Shown here in pieces: positions 16,899 to 27,194 of a stretch of DNA of 64,000 nt (position 1 is its first letter; every line of letters begins with the position of its first letter). The position numbers and the translations under genes were made by a program. Source of the stretch: Hydrogenibacillus sp. Lineage in GTDB: Bacteria; Bacillota; Bacilli; Thermicanales; DSM-22653. The notes beneath the pieces are model-generated. The model searched no databases. It was not told where the DNA came from and saw only the letters and a program-made list of their open reading frames with translations. Location: the NCBI GenBank assembly GCA_014896255.1, contig JADBKT010000003.1, forward strand, positions 3,660-67,659. The letters are read 5' to 3'.

Positions 16899-17777
16899 TC
16901 AACCGAAACGGCCGCTGACGTAGTCTTCCGTCTCTTTCCGTTCCGGGCGGGTAAAAATCGTCTTCGTGTCGGCATACTCGATGAGTTCGCCGTTCAAGAA
17001 GAACGCCGTACGGTCGGAAATGCGCGCCGCTTGCTGCATGTTGTGGGTGACGATGATCACCGTATATCGTTTTTTCAGTTCGAACAACAGCTCTTCGATC
17101 TTCGCCGTGGAGATCGGATCCAAGGCGCTTGCCGGCTCGTCGAGGAGCAAGATCTCCGGCTCGATGGCGAGCGCCCGGGCGATGCACAAGCGCTGCTGCT
17201 GACCGCCGGAGAGGGCGAAGGCGGACTCGTGCAGCCGGTCCTTGACTTCGTCCCACAGCGCCGCCGCCCGAAGGCTGCGCTCGACGATCTCGTCGAGTTC
17301 CGGCTTCTTTTTCACGCCATGAAATCGCGGAGCGAAGGCGACGTTCTCATAAATCGATTTGTTGAACGGATTCGGCCGCTGCCAGACCATCCCGACGCGC
17401 TTCCGGAGTGCCCAGACGTCGATGTCCGGACGATTCAAGTCGACGCCGCCCAAGAGAATCTGGCCGGTCGTCCGCGCCGAAGGAATCGTATCGTTCATCC
17501 GGTTGAGCGAACGCAGATACGTCGACTTGCCGCAACCGGACGGGCCGATGAGCGCCGTGATTTCGGAGCGGTAAAACTTCAGGTCGATCCCCTTGATCGC
17601 ATGGACGTCGCCGTAATGGACGTTGAGATCGCGCGTTTCGATGGCCACCGCGCTTTCCGACGCTTCACGGGCGCTTTCCCGTGCGTCCGTCTCCGCCTCG
17701 TCCGTCGCCCAGCGCTCGGCGATCCAGACGGGCCTCGGCGGAGCAGGGGTCGTGAGCGACTCCCCCACGCAAAACAC
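16899..17777 (-). CDS. pstB: Phosphate ABC transporter ATP-binding protein PstB (first copy, N-terminal extension)
   Basis: [39 protein letters not shown]. Confidence 0.95.
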   Translation of the reverse strand: MFCVGESLTTPAPPRPVWIAERWATDEAETDARESAREASESAVAIETRDLNVHYGDVHAIKGIDLKFYRSEITALIGPSGCGKSTYLRSLNRMNDTIPSARTTGQILLGGVDLNRPDIDVWALRKRVGMVWQRPNPFNKSIYENVAFAPRFHGVKKKPELDEIVERSLRAAALWDEVKDRLHESAFALSGGQQQRLCIARALAIEPEILLLDEPASALDPISTAKIEELLFELKKRYTVIIVTHNMQQAARISDRTAFFLNGELIEYADTKTIFTRPERKETEDYVSGRFG

Positions 17778-17954
17778 ACCACGCTTTCCTTAGTTTCGCT
17801 CGGCTCAAGCGTCGTACACCGGCCGCCCGCGATTCGCGGCCCGGACGTCGTCTTCGACACGTTTCGCCGCCCGCATATGCTTGTCACTATATAGTTTACC
17901 ATCTCGGCATCGGAGGGTGGAAGCGGCAAAACATGAAAAAAGAGCAGCGACGGT

Positions 17955-18845
17955 TCACGACTTCGAGGCGGTCATCTTGCGGTATACATAGCGCGACGCG
18001 AAGCGCGCCAACACGTTGAACAACAGCACGGACAAAACGAGCACGGCCGACGCCCCGGCGGCGACTTCTTTGGCGTCGGGAATAAGCCCTTCGGAGTTCA
18101 CCTTCCAGATGTTGACCGCGAGCGTCTCGCCGGGGCGGAACGGGTTGAGCGGGGAAGCGGAAGAAAGCGGGTTCCAGTCGTGAAAATCCAGCGGCGGTGA
18201 ACTCATTCCGGACGTGAAGATGAGCGCCGCCGCTTCGCCGAAAGCCCGGCCGGCGGTGAGGATGGCGCCGGTGACGATCCCGGGCAGGGCGGATGGAAAG
18301 AGCACGTCGGTAATCGTCCGCCAGTGGGAGATGCCGAGCGCCAAGCTCGCTTCCTTTTGTTCGTGCGGAACGGCGCGGATGGCCTCTTCGCTCGTGCGCA
18401 CCATCAGCGGGAGGTTGAACAGCATGAGCGCCAGCGCCCCGCCCATCAGCGTATAGCCCCAGCCGGTGTAATAGACGAAGACGAGAAAGCCGAACAGGCC
18501 GACGACGATCGACGGCAAGGAAGAGAGCACCTCGATCGCCGCCCGAATCGCATCGGTCAGCCGCCCCGGCCGGGCGTACTCGGCGAGATAGATGCCGCCG
18601 CCGACGCCGATCGGCACCGTAAACACCATCGTGAGGAAGAGCATGTAAAGCGAATTGAACAACGGCGTTCCGATGCCGGAGCCCGCTTCAAGCGACCGAG
18701 GCGGGCCGGTGAGAAACGTGAGGGAGAGCTTCGGAACCCCTCGCGCCAGGATGTAGCCGATGAGCCCGAAAAGAATGACAATCAACAACAAGGCGATGGC
18801 GTAAAAAACGACGGTCATCACCCGATCGATGATTTTGGCGTTCAT
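17955..18845 (-). CDS. pstA: Phosphate ABC transporter permease PstA
   Basis: Multiple TM segments, LSSLPSIVVGLFG, EASLALG, GRAFGEAAAL. Confidence 0.95.
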   Translation of the reverse strand: MNAKIIDRVMTVVFYAIALLLIVILFGLIGYILARGVPKLSLTFLTGPPRSLEAGSGIGTPLFNSLYMLFLTMVFTVPIGVGGGIYLAEYARPGRLTDAIRAAIEVLSSLPSIVVGLFGFLVFVYYTGWGYTLMGGALALMLFNLPLMVRTSEEAIRAVPHEQKEASLALGISHWRTITDVLFPSALPGIVTGAILTAGRAFGEAAALIFTSGMSSPPLDFHDWNPLSSASPLNPFRPGETLAVNIWKVNSEGLIPDAKEVAAGASAVLVLSVLLFNVLARFASRYVYRKMTASKS

Positions 18846-19768
18846 CGGGACATCATCCTCCCTCGGCGCCCGATCCAGCGCACGGCGAAGATAAAGACCG
18901 TCGACATGAGGAGAAGGAGCAGGGCCAAAGACCAGAGCACGTTGTTCTCGACCGACCCGGCGACGGTGTTGCCCATGTTCATCGTGATCACCGTCGTGAT
19001 CGTCGACGCCGGCTCAAGCAGGCTCGTCGGCATGTTTTTGCCGTTCCCGATGACCATCTGCACGGCGAGCGCCTCGCCGAAGGCTCGGGCCATGCCGAAG
19101 ATGACGGCCGTGACGAAGCCCGAAGCGCCGGCCCGCATGAGGATGCGCCAGATCGTCTGCCAGCGCGTCGCCCCAAGGGCGTACGAGCCCGCCTTGATCT
19201 CCGGCGCGACGGCCGAGAGCGCGTCGACGGAGATGCTGGTGATCGTCGGCAAGATCATCACCGACAGGACGATCACCCCGGCCAATAGGCCGAAGCCGAG
19301 CCCGCCGACGTGTTCGCGGATGAACGGCACGAGCAGCGTGAGCCCGGTAAAACCGTAGACGACGGACGGAATGCCGACCAAGAGTTCAATGACCGGCTGC
19401 ATCGCTTTCCGCCCCCACGGCGGGGCGATCTCCGTCATGAAGATGGCCGCCCCGATGCCGATCGGACCGGCGATCGCCGCCGAGAGAAAGGTGACGATGA
19501 ACGAACCGACGATAAACGGCAGAACGCCGAATTTCGGTCCGCCCTCCTCTTCGGTCAAGGTCGGTCGCCATTCGGTGCCGAACAAAAAATCCAAAACGTT
19601 CACCTGATTGACGAAAAAGGTGGCCAATCCTTTTGAAAAAACGAACAGATAGATGCCCGCCACGGCGAGTACGATGATCGTCACGGAAAAAAGCGTACCG
19701 ATGAAACCCAAGCGGTCGCGCAGACCCTCGTGAGACCTTCCGCGCGCGATGAGCGGTTTCGCCTCCAT
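18842..19768 (-). CDS. pstC: Phosphate ABC transporter permease PstC
   Basis: ELLVGIPSVVYG, GSYALGATRWQT, ARAFGEALAV. Start moved to the RBS-supported ATG at 19768. Confidence 0.95.
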   Translation of the reverse strand: MEAKPLIARGRSHEGLRDRLGFIGTLFSVTIIVLAVAGIYLFVFSKGLATFFVNQVNVLDFLFGTEWRPTLTEEEGGPKFGVLPFIVGSFIVTFLSAAIAGPIGIGAAIFMTEIAPPWGRKAMQPVIELLVGIPSVVYGFTGLTLLVPFIREHVGGLGFGLLAGVIVLSVMILPTITSISVDALSAVAPEIKAGSYALGATRWQTIWRILMRAGASGFVTAVIFGMARAFGEALAVQMVIGNGKNMPTSLLEPASTITTVITMNMGNTVAGSVENNVLWSLALLLLLMSTVFIFAVRWIGRRGRMMSR

Positions 19769-19804
19769 CACATCCGTCCTTTCTTCCGTCGTCGTTCCCT
19801 GTGT

Positions 19805-19834
19805 ATTATTGTCGAATGAGACGGAAGTCGTCAA
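19805..19834 (-). promoter_or_regulatory. Putative internal sigmaA promoter for pstC
   Basis: TTGACG, 18 nt spacer, AATAAT, located downstream of the pstS terminator. Confidence 0.45.
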
Positions 19835-19887
19835 GTCACACATCCGCGACGGCGGTTCGATGCGGCGTGAGACATCCATCGCGATAC

Positions 19888-19917
19888 AAAAACGGGGTAG
19901 CGCCCGTGCCTACCCCG
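19888..19917 (-). terminator. Intrinsic terminator or stabilising hairpin after pstS
   Basis: CGGGGTAG-9 nt loop-CTACCCCG followed by TTTTT. Confidence 0.7.
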
Positions 19918-19973
19918 CTTCTTTCGCTCAACCGGACGAACCGTCCTCAAAGCCGCCGGTCGATCGGGTGACG

Positions 19974-20933
19974 TTACTTTTGCGTGACGTTGCCTTGGGC
20001 GTCGCGCTCGACCTTCATCTTCGATATCGGAATGTAGCCGCCCTCAACGACCGGGCCGCTTTGCACCTCATCGGACATCATGTAGTCCAAAAACGCCTTC
20101 ACCGCGCCCGTCGGCTCGCCCTTCGTGTACATGTGCTGGTAAGCCCATACTTTGTAGTCGTTCGTCACGACGTTCGCTTCGGTCGGCTCGACGCCGTCGA
20201 TCTTTAAGGCCTTCACCGAACCGTCGAGGTAGGAGAAGGCCAGGTAGCCGATGGCGCCGGGCGTACTCGAAATGATCTGGCGCACCGTCCCCGACGAGTC
20301 TTCCTCGATCCCGGACGCTTCTTCCGCGCCGTCCAGGGCGTATTTCTTAAACGTCGCCCGCGTGCCGGAACTCGCCGGCCGGTTGACGAGCGTGATTTTC
20401 TGGTCTTTTCCGCCGACGTCTTTCCAGTTCGTGATCTTGCCGGTGAAAATGTCGATCAGCTGCTGCTTGGTCAGATTGTCGACGCCGACGTCCGGATGCG
20501 CCACGGCGGCCATGGCCACGACGGCCACCTTGTGGTCGACGAGGTCTTTCGTCTCTTCCGGCTTCAGCTTTTCTTCGGCGAAGACATCGGAGTTGCCGAC
20601 GTCGATGGCGCCTTGGGCCACCTGCGAAAGACCGGTACCGCTGCCGCCGCCTTGCACGGTGATCTGTACCTGCGGATGCTTCTCCATGAACATTTGCGCG
20701 ACTTTCTCCACGAGCGGCTGCATGGCCGTCGAGCCGGCGACGGTGATCGAACCGCTGATGTTTTCTGTTGTTCCCTGTTCTGTTGTTCCCCCTGTGTTCT
20801 CCGTCCCGGGCTGTTCTTGATTCGGAGTCGGTTGCTCGGCGTTCTTTCCGCCGCCGCACGCGGCGAGAACGGTGAGGCTTACGAGAAAGACGAAGCTGAG
20901 CAGCCACACCTTCTTTGCTTTGCTCACCCGCAT
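19974..20933 (-). CDS. pstS: Phosphate-binding lipoprotein PstS
   Basis: AAGGAGG RBS, lipobox LAA|C, AGSTAMQPL, GGGSGTG, RPASSGTR. Confidence 0.95.
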   Translation of the reverse strand: MRVSKAKKVWLLSFVFLVSLTVLAACGGGKNAEQPTPNQEQPGTENTGGTTEQGTTENISGSITVAGSTAMQPLVEKVAQMFMEKHPQVQITVQGGGSGTGLSQVAQGAIDVGNSDVFAEEKLKPEETKDLVDHKVAVVAMAAVAHPDVGVDNLTKQQLIDIFTGKITNWKDVGGKDQKITLVNRPASSGTRATFKKYALDGAEEASGIEEDSSGTVRQIISSTPGAIGYLAFSYLDGSVKALKIDGVEPTEANVVTNDYKVWAYQHMYTKGEPTGAVKAFLDYMMSDEVQSGPVVEGGYIPISKMKVERDAQGNVTQK

Positions 20934-20995
20934 GACCTCCTTATGTGTGGTCCATAATGACCTGGGGGCGATCGCCTGTCCCGCGCCCGTCAACT

Positions 20996-21049
20996 ACTAT
21001 ACACCATCAATATAAAGCGCGTGTTAAGGATTTGTAAAGAAACTGTAAA
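20996..21049 (-). promoter_or_regulatory. Pho box (PhoP binding) and -10 of pstS
   Basis: Four hexamers at exact 11 bp spacing: TTTACA (21044-49), TTTACA (21033-38), TTAACA (21022-27), TTTATA (21011-16). They are followed by -10 TATAGT (20996-21001) and match the Bacillus TT(A/T/C)ACA Pho box. Confidence 0.85.
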
Positions 21050-21133
21050 GTTGATCTGCACGATCCTTTACACGATGAAACGAAAGCGCCCCCGATCCCG
21101 CATCTTCCGGCGATCGGCGGCGGTCACACTTTC

Positions 21134-22207
21134 TTACCGCAGCGCTTCCGCTTCCTTTGGTTGTTCTCTTGCCGCTTGGCGGTCGTCCGCGCCGAAGCCT
21201 TGCGCCATTCGCGCCATGAGCGCAAGGAGATCGACGATGCGCGCCGAGTAACCCCATTCGTTATCATACCACGCGAGCACCTTGACCATCCGCCCGAGGG
21301 CGATCGTCGAGGGCGCGTCGACGATCGCCGAACGGTCGTCGCCGTTAAAATCGACCGAAACGAGCGGAGCCTCCGAGACGCCGAGGATGCCTCGAAGCGC
21401 GCCGGTTTCCGCCTGCCGAAAGGCGTCGTTCACCGCCTCCGGCGTCACTTCCGTCTCCAGTTCGGCGACCAAGTCGACGACCGACACGTTCGGCGTCGGC
21501 ACGCGAAGCGCCATACCGCGGAGTCTCCCGGCGAGCTCGGGCAGCACCTTGCCGACGGCCTTCGCCGCGCCGGTCGTCGTGGGAATGATCGACATCCCCG
21601 AGGTCCGCGCCCGGCGAAGATCTTTGTGCGGATTGTCCAGCACCTTTTGATCGTTCGTCACGGCATGCACGGTGGTGATGAGGCCCGTTCGCACGCCGAA
21701 CGCCTCATGCAGCACTTTGACGATCGGCGCGAGGGCATTGGTCGTGCACGATGCACCGGAGACGATGAAATGGCGGGACGGTTCATAATCGTCGGCGTTG
21801 ACGCCGATGACGATCGTGACGTCTTCGTTTTTGCCCGGCGCGGTGATGAGCACGCGGCGCGCCCCTGCCTCAAGGTGCCGCGCGGCTCCTTCGCGATGCG
21901 TGAATTGGCCCGTGGCTTCGACGACGATGTCGACGCCGAGATCTCCCCACGGCAGCCGCGCCGGATCGCGCTCGGAGAGCAAACGAACGGTACGTCCGTC
22001 GACGATGAGGCGACCGTCCTCAGCCCGAACGTCGCGGCGAAAACGGCCGTGCACCGAATCGTATCGCAAAAGATGGGCCAGCGTCTCGGCCGGATAACCG
22101 GCGTTGATGGCCACGACGCCGAGCGACGCGTCGCCGACTTCGATCAGGCGGCGGAGTACCGTCCGCCCGATGCGTCCAAACCCGTTGATGGCGATGTTGA
22201 TCGTCAT
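21134..22207 (-). CDS. gapB: Glyceraldehyde-3-phosphate dehydrogenase, gluconeogenic GapB type
   Basis: INGFGRIGR, ASCTTNAL, WYDNEWGY. INAGY replaces the NAD-type INDL, and the gene is in the conserved coaE-gapB-nrdR position. Confidence 0.85.
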   Translation of the reverse strand: MTINIAINGFGRIGRTVLRRLIEVGDASLGVVAINAGYPAETLAHLLRYDSVHGRFRRDVRAEDGRLIVDGRTVRLLSERDPARLPWGDLGVDIVVEATGQFTHREGAARHLEAGARRVLITAPGKNEDVTIVIGVNADDYEPSRHFIVSGASCTTNALAPIVKVLHEAFGVRTGLITTVHAVTNDQKVLDNPHKDLRRARTSGMSIIPTTTGAAKAVGKVLPELAGRLRGMALRVPTPNVSVVDLVAELETEVTPEAVNDAFRQAETGALRGILGVSEAPLVSVDFNGDDRSAIVDAPSTIALGRMVKVLAWYDNEWGYSARIVDLLALMARMAQGFGADDRQAAREQPKEAEALR

Positions 22208-22252
22208 GACCGGGCCTCCTTCGACGAATGATCCGCATGATTTCCTCTAGTC

Positions 22253-22275
22253 ATTATATCTCGTATGGCACATTA
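22253..22275 (-). promoter_or_regulatory. CcpN-like operator overlapping the gapB promoter
   Basis: Minus strand TAATGTGCCATAC (22263-22275) immediately upstream of a perfect TATAAT (22253-22258). It resembles the TGTG-YY-ATAC CcpN core. Confidence 0.6.
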
Positions 22276-22332
22276 ATCAATATGATACGTCACATGCGCC
22301 GGACGACGGCCGTAAAAAAACTCCCAAACGGC

Positions 22333-22914
22333 TTATCGCGCGTTTAGGAGATTTCCGTACACTTGCCGATATCGATGTTGAAGGTACAGGACACGGGCGA
22401 GGTAGTGACGCGTCTCGCCGAACGGGATGTCGCCGATCGCCTGTGCCGTGCCGTTCCACGTTCCGGTCGCAAGCCAGCGGTCGACGTTGGCCGGTCCGGC
22501 GTTGTACGCGGCGAGGGCCGCGATGGCGTTTCCGTCGAAACGATCGATCAGGTGGCGGATGTACCAGCTGCCGAGGCGGATGTTCACCTCCGGCGCATCG
22601 CGCATCTCCTCCGGAAAACGCCGATCGAGTCCGGAACGGGAGAGCGCCCAGTCGCGCGTCTCGTCGAGCAGTTGCATAAGCCCCCGGGCGCCTTTTTTCG
22701 AAGACGCGTCGTGATAAAAGCCGCTCTCGGCGCGGATGACGGCGGCGACGAGCGACGGATCGAGTCCCGCTTCATCGGCGGCGGCGGCGATCACGTCAGG
22801 ATAATCGAGCGGATAAAGCCAACGCCAAAAGGCCGGCTGCACGACCCCAAAAATCAGTCCGCCGAGCGCGATCAAGCGGATCATCGCCCCAAGGGCGAAT
22901 CGAAACGCGTTCAT
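22333..22914 (-). CDS. Lytic transglycosylase (SLT domain, membrane-anchored)
   Basis: AVIRAESGF, GARGLMQL, ALAAYNAG, ETRHY. ATGA overlap with coaE. Confidence 0.9.
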   Translation of the reverse strand: MNAFRFALGAMIRLIALGGLIFGVVQPAFWRWLYPLDYPDVIAAAADEAGLDPSLVAAVIRAESGFYHDASSKKGARGLMQLLDETRDWALSRSGLDRRFPEEMRDAPEVNIRLGSWYIRHLIDRFDGNAIAALAAYNAGPANVDRWLATGTWNGTAQAIGDIPFGETRHYLARVLYLQHRYRQVYGNLLNAR

Positions 22915-23555
22915 GATTCGCCTTCGCCGCTTTCGTCTGAACGCTCCCGGTGCGCCGAACGCATCTCCCGCGTGAGATATTCCCACAGCGCGTCGACTTG
23001 TCGTTCAAGATCTTCAATCGTCCCGCGGTTGATGAGGACGACGTCCGCCAGGGCGCGTTTTTCGCCGAGCGGCATCTGCGCGTCAAGGCGCGCCGCGGCC
23101 TCCGCGCGCGGAAGGCGATCGCGGACCGTCAAACGTTCGATCTGCGTTCGGACATCGGTCTCGACGACGACGGTGAGATCCGCCAGGCGCTCAAGGCCGT
23201 TTTCGAACAGAAGCGGGACATCGAGGACGATGATCGCCGCCCTCTTTGCTTTCGCTTGTGCGATCTCATCCCGCATCATCCGCCGCACTTCGGGGTGGAC
23301 GATCGCCTCCAACGCCTTTAGCGCCGAGACGTCGGCAAAGACGATTCGACCGAGCGCCTTCCGATCGAGCGTGCCGTCCGCTTGGAGAACGCCGGCACCG
23401 AAACGTTCGACGATCTGCTCGAGCGCGGTCGAACCCGGTTCGACCGCGGCACGGGCCAGGCGATCGGCGTCCACCACCCACGCGCCGCGGGCGGCGAGCA
23501 TCTTCGAAACCGTGCTTTTCCCGCTGGCGATGCCGCCGGTGAGGCCCACGATCAT
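22911..23555 (-). CDS. coaE: Dephospho-CoA kinase
   Basis: MIVGLTGGIASGKST, DAD, LDVPLLFE, AQMP. Confidence 0.96.
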   Translation of the reverse strand: MIVGLTGGIASGKSTVSKMLAARGAWVVDADRLARAAVEPGSTALEQIVERFGAGVLQADGTLDRKALGRIVFADVSALKALEAIVHPEVRRMMRDEIAQAKAKRAAIIVLDVPLLFENGLERLADLTVVVETDVRTQIERLTVRDRLPRAEAAARLDAQMPLGEKRALADVVLINRGTIEDLERQVDALWEYLTREMRSAHRERSDESGEGES

Positions 23556-24397
23556 GCGCCCTGTCTCCCTTCGCGCTGGCATTTCGGGCAGAGGTGGGTG
23601 CCGCGGCCAGCGACGACCGTCCGGACGATCGGCGTGCCGCAGCGCGGGCAAGGTTGATCCTTCCGACCGTACACCTGGATGTTCAGCTGAAAATAGCCGA
23701 GCGCTTCCTGCGGTCCGCGGTAAGAACGCACGCTCGCTCCGCCGCTTTCGATGCCCGCTTCGAGGACTTCCCGCACGGCGGCATGAAGCTTTTGCGCCTT
23801 CACCGGTGAAATCGCTCCGGCCGGCGTCCGCGGATGAATCCGCGCGCGGAACAAGGCCTCATCGGTGTAGATGTTGCCGAGCCCGGCGATCACCGTCTGA
23901 TCGAGGAGAAGCGCCTTGATCGCCCGCCGCGGACGGCCTTTCAGGATGGCGTAAAAGGCCTCGGCGTCGAGCGCCGGATCGAGGGCATCCGGACCGAGGG
24001 TGCGAAGCAGAGGCAGACGGTCGATCCGCTCTTCGTCGACCAGATCAAACGTGCCGAACTGCCGGACGTCCCGGTATTTGAGCGCCCGACCGTCGTCGAG
24101 TTCGAAGGCGATGTGCGTGTGCGCAAGATCCGGCGTCCCCGACGGAACGACGTCGTATTTGCCTTCCATCCGCATATGCGAGACGAGGACGAACGGGGGA
24201 ACGGCAAAGAGCAAGTATTTGCCGTGCCGTCCGATGCCGGCGAAGGTCCGCCCGGCGAGCCGCTCGGCGAAGGCGACGGGATCGCTCGGCGTACGGATGA
24301 GGCGCGGCAGGCGAACATGGACACGCGCGATGCGCGTCCCGACGATCATCCGCGCGAGGGCGCGGCGAACCGTTTCGACTTCCGGAAGCTCGGGCAT
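23552..24397 (-). CDS. mutM: Formamidopyrimidine-DNA glycosylase MutM/Fpg
   Basis: MPELPEVETV, SHMRMEG, GLGNIYTDE, C-terminal zinc finger CPRC..CPKCQ. Confidence 0.97.
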   Translation of the reverse strand: MPELPEVETVRRALARMIVGTRIARVHVRLPRLIRTPSDPVAFAERLAGRTFAGIGRHGKYLLFAVPPFVLVSHMRMEGKYDVVPSGTPDLAHTHIAFELDDGRALKYRDVRQFGTFDLVDEERIDRLPLLRTLGPDALDPALDAEAFYAILKGRPRRAIKALLLDQTVIAGLGNIYTDEALFRARIHPRTPAGAISPVKAQKLHAAVREVLEAGIESGGASVRSYRGPQEALGYFQLNIQVYGRKDQPCPRCGTPIVRTVVAGRGTHLCPKCQREGRQGA

Positions 24398-24529
24398 CAC
24401 GCCTCTCCTTTCGATGCCATTTCGACCTAATCGCACGACCGACCCTTCTTCAAAGCGACGATGGCGTATCCGACGACCTCCGGCTTCCGACGACGTCCGA
24501 CGATCCCCTCGTGCAGCGCGACGGGGTGG

Positions 24530-27169
24530 TTATTTCGCGTCGTACCACGTGTCGCCGACGGCGACGTCGACCTTGAGCGGCACGCGGAGTTCGGCCGCCC
24601 CTTCCATCTTTTCGCGGACGATGTCGGAAAGCGCCGGGGCGTCCGCTTGAGCGACCTCGAAGACCAGCTCATCGTGCACCTGCAAAAGCATGCGCGCCCG
24701 AAGCCCGCTTTCCCGAAGCGCCGCGTCGACGTCGATCATCGCCTTTTTGATGATGTCCGCCGCCGTGCCTTGAATCGGCGTGTTCATCGCCGTCCGCTCG
24801 GCAAAACTGCGCCGGGCGAAGTTTTTGGCGGTGATGTCCGGAAGCGTCCGCCGGCGGCCGAAGAGCGTCTCCACATAGCCGAACTCCCTGGCTTTTTGCA
24901 CCGCTTCGTCCAGATAGCGCTTGACGTCGGGATAAGCGGCAAAATACCGCTCGATGAAGTCCGCCGCCTCTTTACGGCTGATGCCGAGGTTTTGCGAGAG
25001 GCCGTAGTCGCTGATGCCGTAAATGATGCCGAAGTTGACGGCCTTCGCTTGCCGGCGATGGAGAGGCGTGACGTCTTCTTTGGCCAGGCCGAAGACGTCC
25101 ATCGCCGTCTGGGTGTGGATGTCCGCGTCGTTTTGGAACGCCTCGATGAGCTTCGGGTCGGCGGCCATGTGGGCGAGCACGCGGAGCTCGATCTGGGAAT
25201 AGTCGGCGGAGAGGATACGCCATCCCGGTTCGGAGGGGACGAACGCCCGGCGGATCTTCCGCCCTTCTTCGAGGCGGATGGGGATGTTCTGCAGGTTCGG
25301 GTCGCTCGACGACAGACGCCCGGTGGCGGTCAGCGCCTGGTGAAAGGTGGTGTGGATCTTGCCGTCTTCGTGGATCTCTTTGATCAACCCTTCGATATAC
25401 GTCGAACGCAGTTTCGTGAGCAGCCGATAATCGAGGATGCGGAGGACGACCGGATTAAGCGGCGCGAGTTTTTCAAGCGTCTCGGCGTCCGTCGAATAGC
25501 CGGTCTTCGTCTTTTTGATCGGCGGGATGCCGAGTTTGTCGTACAGCACCTCGCCGAGCTGCTTCGTCGAGTTCAAATTGAATGAGAAGCCGACCTCGCG
25601 GTAGACGGCGGCTTCGAGCTCCCGGATACGCGCCTCGAGCTCCTTGCCGTAAGCCTCGAGCGCTTCCCGATCGACCTTGACCCCGTAAAGCTCCATCTCC
25701 GCCAGGACACCGGCGAGCGAAAGCTCCACCGTGCGATAGAGGTCCTGCATTTCCCATCTTTCGATGTCTTCCGTGACGCGCGGCCGAAGCGCCCAAACCG
25801 CTCGGGCCTTGGCGGAAAGATGCCGAAGCAAGGCGTCCGGTTCAGGCACTCGGAACTTCGCGCCCTTGCCGTAGACGAGCGCATCGTCGGGAAGATCGAG
25901 GCCGTATGTTCGAGCAAGGTCGCTTAAGGTATACGTCCCGCGCGTCGCATCCAACAAATACTGCATGAGCAAAAGATCGTCCGCCGCACCGGCGAAGCGG
26001 ACGCCGACGCGGGATAAGGCGACGTACGTCTTTTTCACGTCATAGGCGACCTTCTGCGTGTTCGGATCGGCCAGCCAGGCGCGCAAGGCGTCGCTTTCCA
26101 GCGCTTCCGGCAAAAAGGCCCAAGTGCCGTCTTCCGCGGCGATCGCTCCGCCGACGAGGCGCGCGCGGTGAGGGTTGTCTCCGTCGAGTTCGATGATGAG
26201 CGCGGCGTGGGCGGGTAACGCGCGCGCCGCCGCGTCGGCTTCCTCTGCGCTTCGAATCCGGCGCAGATCGTCCGCCTTCACGGTCACCGCCGCTTTTGCC
26301 GCCTGAGGCGCATCGCCTCCTGTTCCCGTAAGCCGGCCGAGCAGCGATCGAAAGCCGAGCGCCCGAAAAAGCGGAACGAGGCGGGAGGCGTCATATCCGC
26401 CGTAGGCGAGGGCATCCGGGGTCGTCGGAAGCGAGACGTTCCGCTCGATCGTCGCCAGCCGCCGGCTCAAGTAAGCCGAATCCCGATGTTCGGCCAGCCG
26501 CTCCCTGAGCTTCCCCTTGAGCGACTCGAGGCGGTCGTAGACGGCATCCAACGAGCCGTGCTCGGCGATGAGCCTAAGCGCCGTCTTTTCCCCTACGCCC
26601 GGAACGCCGGGGATGTTGTCCGAGGCATCGCCCATGAGCGCTTTGACGTCGACGTACTGCCCGGGGGCGATACCGTACGCTTCACGAAACGACGCCTCGG
26701 TCATCCACTCGATGTCGGTCATCCCTTTTCGCGTCAGCCCCACGGCGATGCGTTCGTCGATCAGCTGCAGCAGGTCCCGATCGCTGGAGATGATGCGCAC
26801 GTCGAAGCCGGCCGCTTCCGCTTGCACGGCGAGCGTGCCGATCACATCGTCGGCCTCGTAGCCTTCTTGTTCGACGAGGGCGATGTTGAACGCGGCGACG
26901 AGCTCGCGAACCAGGGGAAATTGCTCGACGAGCTCCGGCGGGCTCTTCTGCCGCGTACCCTTGTATGCGGCGTACAGCTCATGGCGAAAGACGGTTTTGC
27001 CGGCGTCGAAGACGACGGCGATGTGCGTCGGTTTGGCCTCTTCGATGAGTTTGAGGAGCATCAGGGCAAAGCCGTAGACGGCGTTCGTCGGCCGACCGCC
27101 CGGATCGGAAAGCGGCGGCAGGGCGTAAAACGCCCGGTGGGCGACGCTCGAGCCGTCGATGAGGTACAA
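24530..27169 (-). CDS. polA: DNA polymerase I
   Basis: LIDGSS, EADDVIG, GDASDNIPGVPGVG, DYSQIELR, LQVHDEL. Confidence 0.97.
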   Translation of the reverse strand: MYLIDGSSVAHRAFYALPPLSDPGGRPTNAVYGFALMLLKLIEEAKPTHIAVVFDAGKTVFRHELYAAYKGTRQKSPPELVEQFPLVRELVAAFNIALVEQEGYEADDVIGTLAVQAEAAGFDVRIISSDRDLLQLIDERIAVGLTRKGMTDIEWMTEASFREAYGIAPGQYVDVKALMGDASDNIPGVPGVGEKTALRLIAEHGSLDAVYDRLESLKGKLRERLAEHRDSAYLSRRLATIERNVSLPTTPDALAYGGYDASRLVPLFRALGFRSLLGRLTGTGGDAPQAAKAAVTVKADDLRRIRSAEEADAAARALPAHAALIIELDGDNPHRARLVGGAIAAEDGTWAFLPEALESDALRAWLADPNTQKVAYDVKKTYVALSRVGVRFAGAADDLLLMQYLLDATRGTYTLSDLARTYGLDLPDDALVYGKGAKFRVPEPDALLRHLSAKARAVWALRPRVTEDIERWEMQDLYRTVELSLAGVLAEMELYGVKVDREALEAYGKELEARIRELEAAVYREVGFSFNLNSTKQLGEVLYDKLGIPPIKKTKTGYSTDAETLEKLAPLNPVVLRILDYRLLTKLRSTYIEGLIKEIHEDGKIHTTFHQALTATGRLSSSDPNLQNIPIRLEEGRKIRRAFVPSEPGWRILSADYSQIELRVLAHMAADPKLIEAFQNDADIHTQTAMDVFGLAKEDVTPLHRRQAKAVNFGIIYGISDYGLSQNLGISRKEAADFIERYFAAYPDVKRYLDEAVQKAREFGYVETLFGRRRTLPDITAKNFARRSFAERTAMNTPIQGTAADIIKKAMIDVDAALRESGLRARMLLQVHDELVFEVAQADAPALSDIVREKMEGAAELRVPLKVDVAVGDTWYDAK

Positions 27170-27194
27170 CCGTTTCGTCGTCGGTCACCTGCCG

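Noticed and set aside
16095-17777. Tandem pstB duplication
   Set aside because: Two pstB genes are already known in Bacillus (pstBA/pstBB), so this is not novel.
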